This document shows, piece by piece, positions 18,718 to 22,909 of a stretch of 22,909 bases of DNA (position 1 is the stretch's first letter; the number at the start of each line of letters is the position of its first letter). Location: contig JAVKIH010000013.1 in the NCBI GenBank assembly GCA_031459625.1, forward strand, positions 1 to 22,909, read 5' to 3'. Both the position numbers and the translations under genes were made by a program. A model generated the notes under the pieces. The model ran no database searches and was not told the origin of the DNA. It was given only the letters and a program-made list of their open reading frames with translations. The DNA comes from Candidatus Geohabitans tengchongensis (GTDB lineage: Bacteria; Sysuimicrobiota; Sysuimicrobiia; Sysuimicrobiales; Humicultoraceae).

Positions 18718-19467
18718 GTGCCGGACGCCATCATCCTGGCCGGGGGGACCGCGGCCGACGGCAGCAACAAGGCCTTCCTGGACGGCGCCGGGCGCCCCTT
18801 CGTCTGGCACGTGGCCCAGGCCCTGGCGCGCACCCCGACGGTCGAGCGGGTGGTGGCCGTCGGCCCCGTCGAGCGCCTCACCGGCGCCTGCGCGGGCCTG
18901 CTGGCCGGGGCGGTCCCGGAGCGGGGCACGATCATGGACAACGTCGTCGCAGCCCTCAGCGCCCTACCCGGCGCCCGGCGCGTGCTGGCCGTGGCTTCCG
19001 ACATCCCGCTCGTGCACCCGGCGGCGCTAGAGGAGTTCCTCCGCGGCTGCGAGAAGGAGGAGGCCGATTTCTACTACGGGATCGTGCCCCAGGCGGTCCT
19101 GGAGGAGCGGTATCCGGGGGCCCGGAAGACCTTCGTCCGGGTCGTTGACGGCTCGTTCACCGGCGCCAGCGTCATGCTCTTCAACCCCGCCATCGTCGAC
19201 CGGGTGCGCGCCTTCGTCGAACGGGTCCTCCAGGCCCGCAAGAAGCCGTGGCTGCTGGCCAGCCTCTTCGGCTGGACCACGGTGATGCGGATGGCGTCCG
19301 GCAAGCTCTCCATCCGCGAGATGGAGGCGCGGGCGCAGGAGGTCACGGGCATCGTCCCGCGGGCGGTCGTCGTGCGGCACCCCGAGCTGGCGCTCGACGC
19401 CGACGTCGACCGGCCCGAGAACCTGGCGATCATCCACCGCGAGCTGGCCGCCCGCGCCCGGGCCTGA
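18718..19467 (+). CDS. MobA-like nucleotidyltransferase family protein
   Basis: AIILAGG...NKAFL, VASDIPLV and LALDADVD motifs; AGGAGGG RBS before GTG. Confidence 0.85.
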   Translation: MPDAIILAGGTAADGSNKAFLDGAGRPFVWHVAQALARTPTVERVVAVGPVERLTGACAGLLAGAVPERGTIMDNVVAALSALPGARRVLAVASDIPLVHPAALEEFLRGCEKEEADFYYGIVPQAVLEERYPGARKTFVRVVDGSFTGASVMLFNPAIVDRVRAFVERVLQARKKPWLLASLFGWTTVMRMASGKLSIREMEARAQEVTGIVPRAVVVRHPELALDADVDRPENLAIIHRELAARARA

Positions 19468-19510
19468 CCCTGCGGCCGGTCGGCAGCGACCGGCGGAGCG
19501 CAGAGGCGAG

Positions 19511-20368
19511 GTGGCGGCCCTGAGCGTGGGCGAGACGCGGGCGGCCCGCAGGCGGGCCGGCAGGCTCCGGCGGGGAGAGCGGATGGTCGTCATCGCCCAC
19601 CGCCTGCTCGCCCATCCCTACCGGCTCTTCCCCCTCGGCACCTTCATGGAGCTCCTCGGCGCCGCCAAGTCCACCATCAGCGAGGACCTGGCCCTGCTGC
19701 GGGGGGCCTTCGACCGTTTCCACCTGGGGCGGGTGGAGACGCTGGCCGGGGCGGCGGGCGGGGTCCGCTACATCCCCGAGATGCGCCGGGAGGCCATCGC
19801 GGCGCTGGTGGACGAGCTGTGCGGCCGACTGCGCGAACCCGCCCGGGTGCTCCCCGGCGGCTTCCTCCACACCACCGACCTGATCTCCCTGCCCCGCTAC
19901 GCCGCCCAGGTCGGGGAGGCTTTCGCCACGCTCCTCGGCCAGACCCGCCCCGACGTGGTCCTGACCATGGAGGTGAAGGGGATCCCGCTGGCGATCATGA
20001 CCGCCCGCGCCTTCAATGTGCCCATGGTGACCATCCGGCGCGGCGGCCGCGTCACCGAGGGGCCGTCGGTGAGCGTGAACTACGTCTCGGGCTCCTCACG
20101 GATGGTGCAGTCGATGACGCTGCCGCTGCGGGCCGTCCCCGCCGGGGGGAAGGCGCTCTTCATCGACGACTTCGTGCGGGGCGGGGGGACGGTGCGGGGG
20201 GTCTTCGACCTGATGCGGGAGTTCCGGGCCGAGGTCGTGGGGGTGGGGGTGCTGGTGGAGGCGGCGGTACCCCGGGAGCTCCCGCCCACCCGCTTCGTCT
20301 CGTTGATCGTCTACGAGGGCGTCACCGAGCACGGCGAGGTGGTGGTCTACCCGAGCCGCTACATCTAG
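19511..20368 (+). CDS. purR: Pur operon repressor, Bacillus-type (winged helix + PRTase fold)
   Basis: RRGERMV, AAKSTISEDL, ETLAGAAGGVRYIP, TEGPSVSVNYVSGS and FIDDFVRGGGT (PRPP loop). Exact start uncertain. Confidence 0.9.
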   Translation: MAALSVGETRAARRRAGRLRRGERMVVIAHRLLAHPYRLFPLGTFMELLGAAKSTISEDLALLRGAFDRFHLGRVETLAGAAGGVRYIPEMRREAIAALVDELCGRLREPARVLPGGFLHTTDLISLPRYAAQVGEAFATLLGQTRPDVVLTMEVKGIPLAIMTARAFNVPMVTIRRGGRVTEGPSVSVNYVSGSSRMVQSMTLPLRAVPAGGKALFIDDFVRGGGTVRGVFDLMREFRAEVVGVGVLVEAAVPRELPPTRFVSLIVYEGVTEHGEVVVYPSRYI

Positions 20369-20490
20369 GAACGGCTGAAACCCGCGCCCACCGGACGTTT
20401 CAGACAGCGGAACTCCTCGGAGCCTCCCTCGGTCGAGGAGCCTGCCCCACGGAGGAGTTGGGCACAAGGTGGGGCGAGGGCCGTGTGGAG

Positions 20491-21093
20491 ATGACCGTCG
20501 AACAGGTGCGGCAAGAACTCGAGTACTTCGAGCCCGGCGTGGTCCGCCTCAACCCGCCCGCGCGCCCCCGGGAGGTCACGCGGGCGGAGGTGGTGCTGGG
20601 CGTCGCCTTTCCTCCGGCGTTCCGCCGGGCCCTCTCCGAGTTCAACGGCGGCTACGTCGTCGACCGGCCGGTCTTCGGTATCCCCCCGGTGCACTCGGCG
20701 TTGGACCTGGTCAGGGGCACCCGGCAGGCCCGCCACCTCTGGGGAGCGCTGGGGTGGTCGGAGGCGTTCGTCCAGGTGGGCAGCGACGGGTGCGGGAACC
20801 TCTTCGTGCTGCTGCTGGACCGCCGGGACGAGCGCGGGGAGTCGCCCGTGGGCTTCTTCGACACGGGGTGTATGGAGGTCACCGAGGTGGTGGCCAGCAC
20901 CTACCTCCACTTCCTCTGGTTCCTGGCCCAGGACGCCAAGTGGGAGTACGCTGCCGACGGCCGGCCCATCCCCCGGGAGGCCGTGGTGTGGACGGCCGAG
21001 GCGGTGGTGGTGCGGCCGACGGCGCTCTCGCCCTGGCGGTTCAACGAAACCTGGATGTTCGCCCACGACCCGATCCTGGCCCGCTGGCGGTAG
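20491..21093 (+). CDS. SMI1/KNR4 (SUKH) family protein (200 aa)
   Basis: LNPPARPREVTRAEVVLGVAFPPAFRRALSEFNGG, VGSDGCGNLFVL and VVASTYLHFL match the SUKH pattern. ATG 20491. Confidence 0.8.
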   Translation: MTVEQVRQELEYFEPGVVRLNPPARPREVTRAEVVLGVAFPPAFRRALSEFNGGYVVDRPVFGIPPVHSALDLVRGTRQARHLWGALGWSEAFVQVGSDGCGNLFVLLLDRRDERGESPVGFFDTGCMEVTEVVASTYLHFLWFLAQDAKWEYAADGRPIPREAVVWTAEAVVVRPTALSPWRFNETWMFAHDPILARWR

Positions 21094-21097
21094 GGCA

Positions 21098-21125
21098 TTG
21101 CCGCCTGGGGGGCGGCTGGTATAAT
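21098..21125 (+). promoter_or_regulatory. tRNA promoter
   Basis: TTGCCG (21098-21103), 16-nt spacer, TGgTATAAT extended -10 (21117-21125), 11 nt before the tRNA. Confidence 0.8.
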
Positions 21126-21136
21126 AATCTTGTCGA

Positions 21137-21213
<77 letters not shown>

Positions 21214-21217
21214 GCTC

Positions 21218-21249
21218 ACCGGCCCTCGGGAAACCTCCCGAGGGCCGGT
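21218..21249 (+). terminator. Perfect 14-bp hairpin after the tRNA
   Basis: ACCGGCCCTCGGGA-aacc-TCCCGAGGGCCGGT; no strong U-tract. Confidence 0.7.
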
Positions 21250-21582
21250 ACTGCACTTGACCAGGACGCCTCCTTCTTCCCCGGAAACAGCAGCAGACGC
21301 ACGCTCAGAGGCGCTGCGAGTATCGGGCCCGCGGGGCGTCCGTTCGGTCCAGCGCGCCCGCCCGGGCGCTGGACCCCTCCCCGGAGCCGCCGGGGGGGTC
21401 CGGGGGCCGCGCGGGTCCCGCCAGAGGGAGGGCAGGAGGAAGTCGACAGACACCGGATAATCATCAGGGCCAAGACCTGCGGCTACAGTCTCACACGGCA
21501 TGCGGCTGGGAGACAGCCCCGGGAACGGGGACTCCACGTCCAGCGCGAAGGGGCCGCCGCGGAACCGCACCCGCGTCCCCAG

Positions 21583-21939
21583 GTGCAATTGCTGCTGGGC
21601 TGGATCGACCGCAGAGGTGCACCCGATGCCCGCGTGGTGTGCGGAGATTTCAACGTCAGCGCCGGAGAGCCGGGCCTGGAGCGCATGCGTGAACGGTTGG
21701 CCTCCGCGCTTGATCAGGGAACGCTCCCGACCCCGCTGCGCTACCGCGTGGATGGGCTCTTGGGCCTGCGGGATCCGGCCGAGCCGCTGTCCCTGCCCCT
21801 GGACTACATCTGGTATGAGCCCCCGCTGCGGCTGATCGAGAGCGGCCGCTGCTTCGACCGGCCGTCTCCGACCGATCCCGACCTGTGGCCGTCGGACCAC
21901 GTCGGCGTGTGGGCCGACGTTGACCTGGCTGCGCTGTGA
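21583..21939 (+). pseudogene. C-terminal fragment of an endonuclease/exonuclease/phosphatase (EEP) family gene
   Basis: VVCGDFN, LDYIW and PSDHVGVWAD motifs. The N-terminal half of the fold is not recognisable upstream. Confidence 0.75.
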
Positions 21940-21953
21940 GGAACCGCTCGGCG

Positions 21954-22517
21954 ATGTTCCGCACGCTCACAGACTCGCTGCGGGTACTCGGGGGACTCGC
22001 CGCGTTCGCCCTGGTGACGGCCGGTCCGCTCGCGCTGACAAGCAACGCCCTGCCGGGCATCGTGCTGGGAGCCATTTGCCTCGCCGCGCTGCCGGCGCTT
22101 GCGGTCTCCCGGCCGCCGGTCATCTCTAGCGCCATCGTCCTCTCCGTGGCCGTGCTGGTCGTCGGGTTGATCGGCACAGTGCTGACCGAGCAGCCCGGCC
22201 CCTCGATCGCCGGCGCATGGCGAGAAACCAGGACGTGGCTGAGAGCCGCAGCCTTGCTTCTGGCGATTCTGATCCCGCCGATGGTGGCCATCAGGACCGT
22301 GGGGGCTACCAGGCCATCGCGGCGCAGCGTCTTTGGCACCAGCCTCATCAGTGTTGGTGTCGGGGCGTTCTTCGGCTTCATCGTCCTCACTCAATCCGAA
22401 GGCCTCGACATGCTCGTGATCGTCGGGCCTCTCTTCACCGGGTTGCTCGCCATGACCGCCGGCCTATTTCTGATGGCGGCATGGCGCGCACGGCGACGTC
22501 TCGGCCGGGATGGGTGA
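21954..22517 (+). CDS. Hypothetical multi-pass membrane protein (187 aa)
   Basis: About six hydrophobic stretches; GAGGA before ATG 21954 (alternative GTG 21936 overlaps the EEP stop). More A/T-ending codons than the core genes. Confidence 0.65.
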   Translation: MFRTLTDSLRVLGGLAAFALVTAGPLALTSNALPGIVLGAICLAALPALAVSRPPVISSAIVLSVAVLVVGLIGTVLTEQPGPSIAGAWRETRTWLRAAALLLAILIPPMVAIRTVGATRPSRRSVFGTSLISVGVGAFFGFIVLTQSEGLDMLVIVGPLFTGLLAMTAGLFLMAAWRARRRLGRDG

Positions 22518-22523
22518 GAGCCA

Positions 22524-22816
22524 GGGAGTGTCAAGAGTCTTGTGTAAAAGCCTTTGAGCGGGAACGTATCCTCCACCGGTTGTGAGCCCGCTCGTCCCGG
22601 CATAGGTGAGGCGGGCACAGCTGGCCAGGTTGGTGAAGCAACTCGTCGGATCTTCCAGGCGGCGACCCACCGCCACAACCGGGTCTCAGCGGCTTCCCGT
22701 GTCGGGGCCTGGTAGATCTGTCGCGCCAAGGCGAGGCAGGGCTCTCGATCGCGGACCCGGAGGCGCTTGACGCCGTCGGGGGTCTGTACTGCCTCAGATA
22801 GATCCGCGACACCCTG
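22524..22816 (-). mobile_element. Internally deleted IS256-family relic (about 293 bp)
   Basis: The minus strand ends in TTTACACAAGACTCTTGACACTCCC (IS256-type end). Frameshifted transposase-like pieces: LARQIYQAPTREAAETRLWRWVAAW, SCFTNLASCARLTYA, FTQDS*. Imperfect opposite repeat CAGGGTGTCGCGGATCT at 22816-22800. Confidence 0.72.
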
Positions 22817-22852
22817 ACTGAGGGGTGTTCAAGCTCAAGACACCCCGCAGGC

Positions 22853-22909
22853 CGGCTGGTATAATGAGCCTGTCAACGCGGGGTGGAGCAGTCCGGTCTC
22901 ATAACCCGA
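22853..22909 (+). pseudogene. Second, defective copy of the tRNA-Met 5' part with duplicated extended -10 (runs off the window)
   Basis: CGGCTGGTATAAT (22853-65) and CGCGGGGTGGAGCAGTCCGGT (22877-97) match the first copy at an offset of 1740 bp. The sequence then jumps to CTCATAACCCGA, lacking AGCTCGTCGGG (11 nt). Confidence 0.85.

Noticed and set aside
19819..20490. 224-aa N-terminal extension of the SMI1/KNR4 ORF
   Set aside because: Off-frame overlap with purR and intergenic DNA; the domain begins at ATG 20491.
21257..21582. Short ORFs downstream of the tRNA
   Set aside because: No motifs or convincing RBS, and no recognisable EEP N-terminal half; treated as decayed sequence.

Overview
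A very GC-rich bacterial chromosomal window, mostly core genome with mobile debris at both ends. From left to right: (1) the 3' end of a probable IS1634-like element; (2) a minus-strand sulfide:quinone oxidoreductase-like gene with a DUF1641-like partner; (3) a secreted trypsin-like protease lacking a PDZ domain; (4) a 433-aa protein ending in a divergent Hfq (Sm) domain that has its own internal ribosome-binding site; (5) a propionyl-CoA to succinyl-CoA cluster (carboxyltransferase, biotin carboxylase, biotin carrier, methylmalonyl-CoA mutase large subunit, MeaB, epimerase), interrupted by an SPW-repeat protein, a 55-aa membrane protein and a GNAT; (6) a Bacillota-like block: yabE-like G5/3D protein, rsmA, PLP aminotransferase, LCP, ispE, nucleotidyltransferase, purR; (7) a SMI1/KNR4 gene, initiator tRNA-Met, and a 1.7-kb decayed islet (EEP fragment, membrane protein, miniature IS256 relic) closed by a second, deleted copy of the tRNA 5' part with its promoter. 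The best leads are the Hfq-domain fusion with a nested start, a candidate ~85-nt rod-shaped sRNA with its own promoter (16270-16356), two genes that apparently start at CTG in CTGA stop/start overlaps, and an IspE lacking the usual Tyr-His cytidine pocket. All calls come from reading motifs by eye; no database search was run.
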